A stretch of 64,000 bases of DNA from an uncultured Oscillospiraceae bacterium (GCA_944385545.1 CALWXQ010000001.1:48697-112696), one strand, 5' to 3'; shown: positions 28,532-37,753, numbered from the stretch's first letter. The notes: generated by a model from the sequence alone, not told the origin. Numbers and translations are program-made.

Positions 28532-29844
28532 GGATGGAAGCAATGGACAGGAATGAGAATCGGGAAATTGCCATTCGGCTTTCCGGCGTGAAGAAAAAAT
28601 ATAAGCTGGGCCAGATCGGCGGCGCCACGCTGTCGGAGGAGCTGCAAAGCTGGTGGGCAAGGGTCCGGGGAAAAGAGGATCCCAACGTCCCCATCGGCAC
28701 CGACCAGCGTCTCATCGGCCAGACCTTTATGGCCCTAAACGGCATCGATCTGACGGTGTATAAAGGGGAAGCCCTGGGCATCATCGGCAGCAACGGCGCG
28801 GGCAAGAGCACCATGCTGAAAATGCTGTGCCGCGTTACCGCGCCTACGGCGGGAGAGATCGACCTGTACGGCCGGATCGCCTCCATGCTGGAGGTGGGCA
28901 CCGGCTTCAACGGGGAGATGACCGGCCGGGAGAATATCTACATGAACGGCGCTATTCTGGGCATGACCAAGGCGGAGATCGATGCCAAAATGGAGGACAT
29001 TATTGAGTTTTCCGAAGTGCGGGACTTTATCGACACCCCAGTCAAGCGCTATTCCTCCGGCATGTTCGTCAAGTTGGCCTTCTCCGTGGCGGCCCATTTG
29101 GACAGCGAGATCATGATTATGGACGAAGTGCTGGCGGTGGGCGACATGGCTTTCCAGAAAAAGTGTCTGGATAAAATGCGCCAGGCCGCCAAGGTAGACG
29201 GCAGAACGGTGCTCTATGTCAGCCATAACATGAATACCATCCGCCGCCTGTGTGACCGCTGCATCGTACTGGACAAGGGCAGGATCCTTTATGACGGCGA
29301 TGTAGAGGAGGCCATCGGCCTGTACCTGAGCAGCACCCACGATGCCTGGGCGGAGGGACAGACGGAGTTCGACCTGAGCAATGCGGTGAGCCGCTCGCCC
29401 TATACCCAGGGTAATGCCCGGATCACCTGGCTGAAGCTGGAGGATAAGGAAAGCGCTTTGTATGGGCCGGAGGAGCCGGTGAAGATGCGCCTTCGTATCC
29501 AGACCAAGCGGGCGTACAAGGCGCTGTACCTTCGCGTGGAGCTGCGCTACAGCGACGAGTCCCCGGTGGGCACCATGCCTAAGATCTGCCTGGGGGCCTG
29601 CGGGGAAAACCAGACCCGGGAATTCCGGGTGACCGTTGCCCATCCGGAGCTGTCCGGTGGCCGGTATCGGGTGGATCTGGTGCTGTTTGATATGGACGAG
29701 TTCGGAAACAGCTTCGATCAGGAGCTGCTGCTGCCCGCCTTTTCCTTTGAGGTTCAGGGCCGGCCGGATATTGTGTGGAATCAGCATACCTGGGGCCACG
29801 TCCGTTTCCCTGACGCGCAGGTGGCTGTGCTGCCGGAGGTGTGA
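28528..29844 (+). CDS. wzt: polysaccharide ABC exporter ATPase Wzt with C-terminal Wzt_C domain (start may be ATG 28543)
   Basis: GSNGAGKST, LEVGTGF, PVKRYSSGM, DEVLAVGD, VSH, plus a long beta-rich C-terminal extension. Confidence 0.92.
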   Translation: MRMEAMDRNENREIAIRLSGVKKKYKLGQIGGATLSEELQSWWARVRGKEDPNVPIGTDQRLIGQTFMALNGIDLTVYKGEALGIIGSNGAGKSTMLKMLCRVTAPTAGEIDLYGRIASMLEVGTGFNGEMTGRENIYMNGAILGMTKAEIDAKMEDIIEFSEVRDFIDTPVKRYSSGMFVKLAFSVAAHLDSEIMIMDEVLAVGDMAFQKKCLDKMRQAAKVDGRTVLYVSHNMNTIRRLCDRCIVLDKGRILYDGDVEEAIGLYLSSTHDAWAEGQTEFDLSNAVSRSPYTQGNARITWLKLEDKESALYGPEEPVKMRLRIQTKRAYKALYLRVELRYSDESPVGTMPKICLGACGENQTREFRVTVAHPELSGGRYRVDLVLFDMDEFGNSFDQELLLPAFSFEVQGRPDIVWNQHTWGHVRFPDAQVAVLPEV

Positions 29845-29849
29845 GGTGA

Positions 29850-30995
29850 ATGGATAAGATTAAGGTGGTTTTCGTCAACCACAGTCTGGTTTGCGGGGGA
29901 GCCGAGAAGGCGCTGTTTGATCTGATCTGTCTGCTGGATAAGGAAACATTTGAGCCCTGCGTTTTTGTACAAAACCCGGGAAACACCTGGGATGACAAAT
30001 TTGTGGCTGCCGGGATCCCGGTGATCTATGATTACTCCTGCCGGCAACCCACATGGAACCCGGTGAAGAAGCTGGGCAACGGAATCAAAAAACTGCGCAT
30101 TCGTCGGGCTTATCAGAATAACGGAGAAGGTTTGCTGGATATCTGCTTTCCGGAGGGCATTGACATCGTGGTATCCTACAATGTCTGGGTGAATGAGCCG
30201 CTGGTTTTTGCCAGGAATGCCAAGACGGTGAAGTATATTCACGGGGATCCGGGAACCAATTCGGACTATCGGGAGGAAGCTGTGAATCACAAGCAGCTGC
30301 TTTCCCGCTTTGACCGGATCGTCTGTGTCTCCCAGGCGGCGACGGAAGCGTTTCAGCGGCTGAGCGGCCTGCCTGCGCAGTTGCACTACAACCCTATGGA
30401 CAGCGACTATGTCCACAGGCTGGCCCGGGAACCGGTGGAACTGCCTGTGGATTTGCCCATTATGTGCGCGGTGGGCCGCCTGTCCCCGGAGAAGGGCTTT
30501 GAACGGCTGATTATCCTCCACAAGCGTTTGCTGGAGCAGGGAATCGCCCACCGCCTTGTGATCGTTGGCGACGGGCCGGATCGGGACTTTTTAAAGCGGT
30601 TGATCCGGGCCACCGGTACCCAGGATACCGTGTTCCTGGCGGGGTATCAGGAAAACCCCTACCCTTATATGGCGAAAAGCCGTTTTTTGGTAAACGCCTC
30701 CTTTACCGAAGGTCTTCCTGTGATCGCCATGGAAGGACTGTGCCTGGGGATCCCCATTGTGGCCCCTGTCCCTTCGGTGGCGGAAGCCTTCGGAGAGGAA
30801 ACCTGCGGCCTGATTACTGAGAATGACAACGATAGTCTGGAAGCGGGGATCCGTAAAATGCTTACGGATCAAGCGTTCTACGCCCAGGTCAAGGCAGGGG
30901 CGGAAAGACGCAGCGGGTTTTTCAACGGAAGACGTATGGTTCGGGAAATAGAAGATCTGTTCTGCTCCCTTGCTTCCCAGAGGGGCCAGCTGTAA
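29850..30995 (+). CDS. GT4 glycosyltransferase
   Basis: GGAEKAL, VGRLSPEKG, GYQENPY, EGLPVIAMEG. Confidence 0.88.
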   Translation: MDKIKVVFVNHSLVCGGAEKALFDLICLLDKETFEPCVFVQNPGNTWDDKFVAAGIPVIYDYSCRQPTWNPVKKLGNGIKKLRIRRAYQNNGEGLLDICFPEGIDIVVSYNVWVNEPLVFARNAKTVKYIHGDPGTNSDYREEAVNHKQLLSRFDRIVCVSQAATEAFQRLSGLPAQLHYNPMDSDYVHRLAREPVELPVDLPIMCAVGRLSPEKGFERLIILHKRLLEQGIAHRLVIVGDGPDRDFLKRLIRATGTQDTVFLAGYQENPYPYMAKSRFLVNASFTEGLPVIAMEGLCLGIPIVAPVPSVAEAFGEETCGLITENDNDSLEAGIRKMLTDQAFYAQVKAGAERRSGFFNGRRMVREIEDLFCSLASQRGQL

Positions 30996-31007
30996 GAAGG
31001 AGACGAT

Positions 31008-32003
31008 ATGGCACAAATCAGCGTGATTGTAGCGGTGTATAAAATGGAGCAGTTTTTGCCCCGATGCATCCAGAGCATTCTGAACCAGACATTTTCGGAT
31101 CTGGAGCTGATCCTGGTGGATGACGGAAGCCCGGATAACTGCGGAAGCATTTGCGATGATTATGCCCGGCGGGACAGCCGCGTTTCTGTGATCCATAAGG
31201 AAAATGCCGGCGTATGCGCTGCCAGAAACACGGGGCTGGACTGGGTATTTGAAAAAAGCCACAGCCGGTGGATCTTTTTCCACGATAACGATGACTGGAT
31301 GCACCCGAACACCCTGGAGTGGATGCTTCAGGCGGCCGAGGAAACCAACACCCAAATCTGCGTCTGCGGCTACGCCCAGACCACAGGGGCGGATCCTGAG
31401 ATTCGTCCGGAAACGTTAAAGCCGGTGCTTTGGACGCCAAAGGCATTTTATATGGAGCATTTTGTCAACGCTACGGTATGCTGGGGCAAGCTGTATGCCA
31501 AGGCATGCTTTGCGGGGCGGCGCTACCCGGAAGGGAAATACATGGAAGATGAGTTTTTGACCTACCGGCTCCTGTTTGCCCAGGAAAAGCTCTGCGTGAT
31601 CCCCGCGCCGCTGTATGCCTATTTTGTAAATCCAACCGGGATCACCAAGCGCGCCTGGGTTCCCAAACGTCTGGACGCCTGGGAGGCTTATGAAGAACAG
31701 CTGGCTTTCTTCGAAGCTATGGGGGATGAAGAACTGCTCCACTTCCGTTACCGGGGATATTTGGATAATGCTATGGTCAATTGGGCAGCGGCAAAAGAAA
31801 GTATTGATGTACCGAACCGGAAAGCGATCCTGCGCAAGATGAAAAAGCAGATCCGCGGCCTGATCCGCCGGGCCTGGCGGGGCGGTCATATGGAATTCTG
31901 GATCGATTTTGATATCCTGTATGAATTCTATCCCTATTTCACCAGAGCCTTCCGGTTTTGGATAGAGATCCGTGAATGGTTTAGGAGAGATCATCATGGC
32001 TGA
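31008..32003 (+). CDS. GT2 glycosyltransferase
   Basis: SVIVAVYK, VDDGSPD, FHDNDD, WGKLY, MEDEF. Confidence 0.9.
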   Translation: MAQISVIVAVYKMEQFLPRCIQSILNQTFSDLELILVDDGSPDNCGSICDDYARRDSRVSVIHKENAGVCAARNTGLDWVFEKSHSRWIFFHDNDDWMHPNTLEWMLQAAEETNTQICVCGYAQTTGADPEIRPETLKPVLWTPKAFYMEHFVNATVCWGKLYAKACFAGRRYPEGKYMEDEFLTYRLLFAQEKLCVIPAPLYAYFVNPTGITKRAWVPKRLDAWEAYEEQLAFFEAMGDEELLHFRYRGYLDNAMVNWAAAKESIDVPNRKAILRKMKKQIRGLIRRAWRGGHMEFWIDFDILYEFYPYFTRAFRFWIEIREWFRRDHHG

Positions 32004-33036
32004 CATCAGCGTAATTGTGCCGGTATATAAGGCGGAGGCTTATTTGCGCCGGTGTGTGGACAGCATCCTCGCCCAGAGCTATCAGGATTTGGAAGTGATT
32101 CTGGTGGAGGACGGCAGTCCCGACAACTGCGGGAAGATCTGCCGGGAATACGCCGCCAAGGATCCCAGGGTCACGGCGCTGCATCAGCAGAACCAGGGCC
32201 AGGCGGCAGCCCGGAACCGGGCCGTGGCCATAGCCAAAGGGGAATGGCTGTGCTTCGTGGACAGCGACGATGAAATTCACCCCCGGATGCTGGAGCTGCT
32301 GCACCGGGCCGCGGCGGAAAGCGGCGCGGCCATAAGCATGTGCCGGATGCTGGAGGCGGAAACCATGCCGGAGGACTTCCTCAGGCCGGCGACAGGGGAC
32401 TATGAAGTCCTTGCCATGGACGAGGATACCCTGCTGGACTGCTTTGACCGGGGGGAATACCCCGGCTGGGTGGCCTGCGCCAAGCTGATCCGCCGTAAGA
32501 TCGTGGAGGAAAAGCTGTTCACCGTCGGGCGGGTGTACGAAGACAACGAAGCGGTGTGCCACTGGATCCTAACGGCGGGGAAAATCGCCGCCCTTGGGGA
32601 AGAACTGTATTATTATCGAACCAATCCCCAAAGCACCACAAAAAAGACCTTCAGCCTGAAGCAGCTGGATTACCTGTGGGCATTGGAGCAGATCATCCGG
32701 TTTTACCATCAGAAGGGCTTGCGCCGCCTGGCGGGACGGTTTGCCGATCTGTACGTCCGGGAGGCGGCGGGCTTCTACCGAAGGGTCAGAAGCGAGCTGG
32801 AACGGCCGGATATTGCCAGGGGTATTCGCAGATCCGCCTGGGCCATGTTCCGGTCCGGCGGGATCTCCATGACCAAGGAACAGTTTGAGATCCTGCTGGA
32901 CGCCACGCATCCAAACCTGATCCGGCTTTACTGGCCGCTGGAAGGGGCGGCGCGCACCCTGCGGGGGCAGGGCTTCCGGGCAGTGCTGAAAAAAGTGAGA
33001 AAGCAGCTGGGAAAGGAAGAACGCTATGATCCCTAA
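31996..33036 (+). CDS. GT2 glycosyltransferase
   Basis: SVIVPVYK, VEDGSPD, FVDSDD, YED. Confidence 0.9.
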   Translation: MADISVIVPVYKAEAYLRRCVDSILAQSYQDLEVILVEDGSPDNCGKICREYAAKDPRVTALHQQNQGQAAARNRAVAIAKGEWLCFVDSDDEIHPRMLELLHRAAAESGAAISMCRMLEAETMPEDFLRPATGDYEVLAMDEDTLLDCFDRGEYPGWVACAKLIRRKIVEEKLFTVGRVYEDNEAVCHWILTAGKIAALGEELYYYRTNPQSTTKKTFSLKQLDYLWALEQIIRFYHQKGLRRLAGRFADLYVREAAGFYRRVRSELERPDIARGIRRSAWAMFRSGGISMTKEQFEILLDATHPNLIRLYWPLEGAARTLRGQGFRAVLKKVRKQLGKEERYDP

Positions 33037-33793
33037 GATCATCCACTATTGCTGGTTCGGGGGCAAGCCCAAGCCGCCCCTGGCCCAGAAGTGTCTGCAA
33101 AGCTGGAGCCGATTCTGCCCGGACTATGAGATCATCGAGTGGAACGAGAATAACTTCGATCTTTCCGCGGCGCCGCTGTATGTCCGTCAGGCCTATGAAG
33201 CCAAGCGCTGGGCCTTTGTGACGGACTATGTCCGGCTGAAGGCGCTGACGGAGCTTGGCGGGGTATACCTGGACACCGATGTGGAGCTGCTGAAACCCTT
33301 GGACGGCTTCCTGCATCACCAGGCCTTTGCCGGTTTTGAAAGCTTGCAGGGCGTACAGACCGGCTTGCTGGCCTGTCAGAAAGGATTTCCCCTGTTTCAA
33401 CGGTTTTTGGAGCATTACCATACAGCCAGCTTCCTTCGTTCCGACGGCACAGCGGATACCACCACCAATGTGGCGGTGCTCACTGCTCTGTGCCGGGAGC
33501 GGGGACTGCGCATGGACGATACTTATCAGGTGGTGGAGGGGTTGGCCGTCTATCCCCGGGAGGTGTTCTGTCCGGTGGATTATGATACGTTGAAGCTGAA
33601 AAAGACCCGCAAGACCGTTGTGATCCACTGGTTCTCCGGGAGCTGGCACACCGAGGAGGAGCTTCAGATCATGGCCCAAGAGAAGCGGCAGCTTCAGGAA
33701 GAAAAAAGAAGCAATATCCGATACCGCATAGGAACCACGCTTTTCGGTGAAGAAGGATATGAAAAGCTCAAAGAGTGGATCAGACGGGGATAA
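33026..33793 (+). CDS. GT32 (DXD/OCH1-like) glycosyltransferase
   Basis: MIPKIIHYCWFG, WAFVTDYVR, GGVYLDTDVE, HWFSGSW. Confidence 0.9.
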   Translation: MIPKIIHYCWFGGKPKPPLAQKCLQSWSRFCPDYEIIEWNENNFDLSAAPLYVRQAYEAKRWAFVTDYVRLKALTELGGVYLDTDVELLKPLDGFLHHQAFAGFESLQGVQTGLLACQKGFPLFQRFLEHYHTASFLRSDGTADTTTNVAVLTALCRERGLRMDDTYQVVEGLAVYPREVFCPVDYDTLKLKKTRKTVVIHWFSGSWHTEEELQIMAQEKRQLQEEKRSNIRYRIGTTLFGEEGYEKLKEWIRRG

Positions 33794-33814
33794 ACAGAAG
33801 TACGGGAGGACAAT

Positions 33815-34804
33815 ATGGCTGCCATCAGTGTCATTGTTCCGGTATACAAGGTAGAAACGTATCTCCACCGGTGCGTGGACAGCATTCTCAACCAGAGCTT
33901 TCGGGACTTTGAACTAATCCTGGTGGACGACGGAAGCCCTGACAATTGCGGCAGGATCTGCGACGACTATGCCGGGCAGGATCACCGGATCCGGGTGATT
34001 CATCAGGAAAACGGCGGGCTTTCCGCCGCCCGAAACGCAGGGCTCGACTGGGTGTTCGCCCACAGCAAAAGCACCTGGCTGACCTTTGTGGACAGCGACG
34101 ACTGGGTCTCGCCGGAGTATCTGCACCTGCTGTATCAGGCGGTACTGAACACCGGCTGCCGGATCAGTGCCTGCGGCTTGTTCCGTACGTCAGGGGAAGG
34201 ACTGCCGGAGGCGCTTCGCCAGCAGCCGGAAAGGCTGGACGCCGAAGCCTACTATTGCAGCCCCTATATTCACGGCGGCGTAACGGCGGTGGCCTGTAGC
34301 AAGCTCTACCACCGCTCGCTGTTTCAGAACCTGCGCTTTCCTGTGGGGAAGCTCCATGAGGATGAACTGACCACCTATCTTGCGGTGTATCAGGCGGGAG
34401 CTGTGGCGGTGATCCAGGGGCAGCTGTATGCCTACTTCCAGAATCCTACAGGGATCATGCTGTCCCAGTGGAACCCTAAGCGCATGCATCTGCTGGAGGC
34501 CATGGAGCAGCAGATCGCCTATGCCAAGCAGCGGGGCTATCCGGGACTTCTGAGGAAAGCGTCGGAGCAGTACGTTTACTGCGCCTATGAGCAGCTGAAC
34601 GCCGCGGCGGCACTGCCGGAGCAGCGGCGGTTTTGGGGCCTGCTGCGCAGGAAGCTGCGCAGAGCCCTGGCGTTGGGCAGAAAGCACCGGGCCTTTCCCT
34701 TCTCCTGGGATACTCTGTGGGCCTATGAACGGGCTTATCCCATGAAGCCCGTCTGGTGGCTGGCCCAGCGGATTAAGGAGACGCGGAGCAAGGGAGGAAG
34801 CTGA
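33815..34804 (+). CDS. GT2 glycosyltransferase
   Basis: SVIVPVYKVE, VDDGSPD, NGGLSAARNAG, FVDSDD, HEDE. Confidence 0.9.
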   Translation: MAAISVIVPVYKVETYLHRCVDSILNQSFRDFELILVDDGSPDNCGRICDDYAGQDHRIRVIHQENGGLSAARNAGLDWVFAHSKSTWLTFVDSDDWVSPEYLHLLYQAVLNTGCRISACGLFRTSGEGLPEALRQQPERLDAEAYYCSPYIHGGVTAVACSKLYHRSLFQNLRFPVGKLHEDELTTYLAVYQAGAVAVIQGQLYAYFQNPTGIMLSQWNPKRMHLLEAMEQQIAYAKQRGYPGLLRKASEQYVYCAYEQLNAAAALPEQRRFWGLLRRKLRRALALGRKHRAFPFSWDTLWAYERAYPMKPVWWLAQRIKETRSKGGS

Positions 34805-35778
34805 TGAGGGATTTGATTTCGGTGATCGTGCCGGTTTACAACGTAGCGCCGTTCCTGCCCCAATGCCTGGACAGCATCCTGACCCAGGGCTACCGGGCGC
34901 TGGAGGTGCTCCTGATCGATGACGGCTCTCAGGACGGTTCCGGGGCCGTCTGCGACGAATATGCCCGGCGGGACAGCCGCGTCCGGGTGCTCCATCAGAA
35001 AAATGCCGGAGCGGGAGCGGCGAAAAACGCCGGTCTTCGGGCCGCTGCCGGGGAATATCTGAGCTTTGTGGACAGTGACGATTTTCTGGAACCCGGGGCC
35101 TACAGCAGTATGCTGCAGCTGATGAAAGAAGCACAGGCGGACGTGGCGCACTGCGCATTTCGGGATGTCTACAGGGATCGCACGGAGGATCAGATCTCCG
35201 GTCAGGGAAGGAAAATTCTGGATGCCCAGACCTATTTGCGCGGCTTCCTCAACGACTGGACTTGTCCGCTGCTGTGGAATAAGCTGTATCGGCGGCAGCT
35301 GTATCATGGCGTGTTCTTTCCTGAGGGAAGAAAGATCGACGACGAGTTCTTTACCTACCGGGCATTTCTGAAGGAATGCAGGGTGGTGCGGGACGACCGG
35401 ATCGTATATAACTACCGCAAGCGGGCATCCAGCGCCATGGGCGATTACAACGCCGCCGGACGACGGCTGATGGACGCCCTGGACGCCATTGTCCAGCGGC
35501 GGGAGGAAACACTGCCGGTCTACCCCCAGCTGCGCAAAGCGCTGGACGAGAACTATCTGGATGCCGTTTGGTATCTGTCGGGGAATTTCGGTTGCACCGA
35601 GGACATGATCCGGATGCTGAAGGGTCATCTGAAAGATTACCTGAGAACCCCGGGAAACACCTTCCCACCCAGACACCTTTGGGCCAAACTGGCAGGACTG
35701 TTCTTCGCGGATCCGAAGAAACGAGCGGCTGCGTGTGAAGCGGTACGCCGGACACTGGATCAAAGCGACTACTTTTGA
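34804..35778 (+). CDS. GT2 glycosyltransferase
   Basis: SVIVPVYNV, IDDGSQD, FVDSDD, WNKLY, IDDEF. Confidence 0.9.
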   Translation: MRDLISVIVPVYNVAPFLPQCLDSILTQGYRALEVLLIDDGSQDGSGAVCDEYARRDSRVRVLHQKNAGAGAAKNAGLRAAAGEYLSFVDSDDFLEPGAYSSMLQLMKEAQADVAHCAFRDVYRDRTEDQISGQGRKILDAQTYLRGFLNDWTCPLLWNKLYRRQLYHGVFFPEGRKIDDEFFTYRAFLKECRVVRDDRIVYNYRKRASSAMGDYNAAGRRLMDALDAIVQRREETLPVYPQLRKALDENYLDAVWYLSGNFGCTEDMIRMLKGHLKDYLRTPGNTFPPRHLWAKLAGLFFADPKKRAAACEAVRRTLDQSDYF

Positions 35779-35841
35779 AGGGGATATTCCATGGCGCCTT
35801 TGGAGAGCGGCCCGTTGACGAAAAGCAGATGCGTCCCGGAT

Positions 35842-35891
35842 GAAAAAAGCCTTGTTTTCAGCGGAATTCTGCTGAAAACAAGGCTTTTTTC
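35842..35891. terminator. bidirectional terminator between convergent genes
   Basis: Perfect 21-bp inverted repeat GAAAAAAGCCTTGTTTTCAGC / GCTGAAAACAAGGCTTTTTTC with an 8-nt loop. Confidence 0.85.
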
Positions 35892-35901
35892 CTGCTCTGC
35901 T

Positions 35902-37632
35902 TTATTCGGACAGCTTGACGACGCAAATGTCTCCGATTATTTTTATGCAGCCGTAATAAGGATAGACTGCCATTTGGGCGAATTCTTCGCCGGCCCGGAT
36001 CCGGGAGATTTCTTCCTGGGAGGCAAAGGGAACAGACAGCCCAAGATAATACTCCAGAAAGTAGTTGTTGGAATAGGTATCCGGAGAAAAGCCTTTGATA
36101 CCGGTGATAGTATCTGTAAATGGCAGATGCTCGCTGTAAAACGCAGGCTCCCGATAGTCTCCGATCACGGCCAGCTTGGTCGTTTCGTCAAAATGGGGCG
36201 TCTGCTCCAGCTGGGCAAGCAGAGCTGTGTAGAAGGCCATGGAATTCTCATAGCGCAGATGGAGGTTGAGGAAAGCGGCGTTGGCGATGTATAGGTTGAT
36301 CGCAACAATCACCGCAAGGAGCAGGGTAAGCCCGTGCAGAGCGCCTTGTCGGAGCCAGCGGAACAGCCTTCCTTGGGGAAAAAGCGGAAGACAGACCTGA
36401 GCCAGCACCGCCGCGAGGATATACACCGCCACAAAGCCATAAAGCATCAACGTGTGAATGGCGTCCGGACTGGATAGCAGATACATGCAATTGATGCACA
36501 AGGGAAGCAAAGCGACCAAAGCGGCCAGCAAAGCGTACCGCCCGGCCTCGGCTGTTTGCCGGCTGATTCCCCACAGGAGAAAGAGAAGGGCACAGCAGAT
36601 CAGCAAAAGGAAATGGCTCCAACAGGAAAGGTCTGTAGGGATCAATCCATGCAAGCCGCTCCGGAGGGACTCAAAAAACGCGTTGTAGGCTAAGAGAATG
36701 CTACGGACAATGGAGGACAGGTCAAGGCGAAGTCTGGTACTGGCATATTCATTGAGCTGCACCTGCAGAAGCCAGTTGAAACAGAGGGTGGCGGCATAGT
36801 AAAGCCCCAGGCAAACCACCAGAAAGCCCAGGCAGAAAAAGCCGCGCCGGATGACCGCTGCAGTCTTTTCCCCATGGAGCAGCTGGGTGATGAGCAGCAA
36901 CACAAGCAGACTGGCGGTGACGGAAATATAGGGCTGATAGATGCTCAGGGACGCGATGCAGCAGACGGCTCCCGGAAGGGTATATTTCAGGAAGCGCTGA
37001 ATCAATCGGCTGCGGCTGAACGCCGGATCATTTCCCCCATCCCCGCGGCTGAAAAAGCGGGATATCCATACAGGCTGCTTTCTCCTTTTGAAGGTTTGGC
37101 TGTGACAAGATATCTCGGCGTCAGCGCCTGCCGCTTTCATCCGAGGTTCTTTAAGCTGCGCCAGCTGTACGAACCGAACGGCCAGAACCGACAGCAAAAA
37201 GGCAAGCATGTACGGGGCGGCGGTGAACATGTACCCCATTGTGCCGATCAAAGAGGGGAATACCATGACGGTTCCTGCCAGGAGAACCTGCAGCAGCTTG
37301 TTTTCAATGGAGAAGATGCGCAGCATCACGCAGATGGCCGTACTGACCAGCAGGATCGCCATCACGCCATAGATCCAGGGCATGGAAACATTGGGGAAAA
37401 TGCTGTCCAACAAGCCCAGTCCCCAGCGCCCGGAGGAGACAGTGGCCCCCTTGGTAAACAGGCAGCCCGTCTCGTCATGATTGATCAGCTTATTTGTAAA
37501 GGCGAACATATAGGCACCGAAGCCGGTAAGCAGCGAAGCGGCGAAGGCGACCCGATATTCGGCAAGTCTGCTTCCCAGCCACCTTGCTCCGCGTTCCCAG
37601 AGCAGAGGCTGGCTTTGACCTGATTGTGTCAT
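35902..37632 (-). CDS. GtrII-like integral membrane (GT-C) glucosyltransferase-domain protein carrying a 55-aa in-frame MITE insertion
   Basis: N-terminal NHDE...SGRW, SLSIYQ, many TM helices, C-terminal YPYYGCIKII. RBS AAGGAG upstream. Confidence 0.75.
   Translation of the reverse strand: MTQSGQSQPLLWERGARWLGSRLAEYRVAFAASLLTGFGAYMFAFTNKLINHDETGCLFTKGATVSSGRWGLGLLDSIFPNVSMPWIYGVMAILLVSTAICVMLRIFSIENKLLQVLLAGTVMVFPSLIGTMGYMFTAAPYMLAFLLSVLAVRFVQLAQLKEPRMKAAGADAEISCHSQTFKRRKQPVWISRFFSRGDGGNDPAFSRSRLIQRFLKYTLPGAVCCIASLSIYQPYISVTASLLVLLLITQLLHGEKTAAVIRRGFFCLGFLVVCLGLYYAATLCFNWLLQVQLNEYASTRLRLDLSSIVRSILLAYNAFFESLRSGLHGLIPTDLSCWSHFLLLICCALLFLLWGISRQTAEAGRYALLAALVALLPLCINCMYLLSSPDAIHTLMLYGFVAVYILAAVLAQVCLPLFPQGRLFRWLRQGALHGLTLLLAVIVAINLYIANAAFLNLHLRYENSMAFYTALLAQLEQTPHFDETTKLAVIGDYREPAFYSEHLPFTDTITGIKGFSPDTYSNNYFLEYYLGLSVPFASQEEISRIRAGEEFAQMAVYPYYGCIKIIGDICVVKLSE
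36990..37150. mobile_element. full-length MITE copy inserted in frame within the CDS
   Basis: Gapless alignment of 36986-37153 to 4089-4256, about 128/168 identical by hand count. Flanks are TTCA and TTAA. Confidence 0.9.
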
Positions 37633-37669
37633 CTGCGAATCTCCTTGTCAATGAAATTGCTCTGAAGCC

Positions 37670-37698
37670 ATTTTACTGATTCCGCCCAGAGAAGTCAA
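37670..37698 (-). promoter_or_regulatory. sigma-A promoter for the GT-C gene
   Basis: Minus strand TTGACT-17 bp-TAAAAT. Confidence 0.65.
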
Positions 37699-37753
37699 TA
37701 GACAATGTACACGGCAAGACGGCCGCGGCTTTTCGGAAGCGCAAAAGAAATTC

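Noticed and set aside
5757-35778. Phase-variable homopolymer tracts or invertible promoters in the glycan locus
   Set aside because: Only short runs (about 7 nt) seen, with no recombinase gene or promoter-flanking inverted repeats.
35791-36294. 167-aa + strand ORF after the last GT2
   Set aside because: Runs through the terminator hairpin and antisense to the GT-C gene; no motifs.
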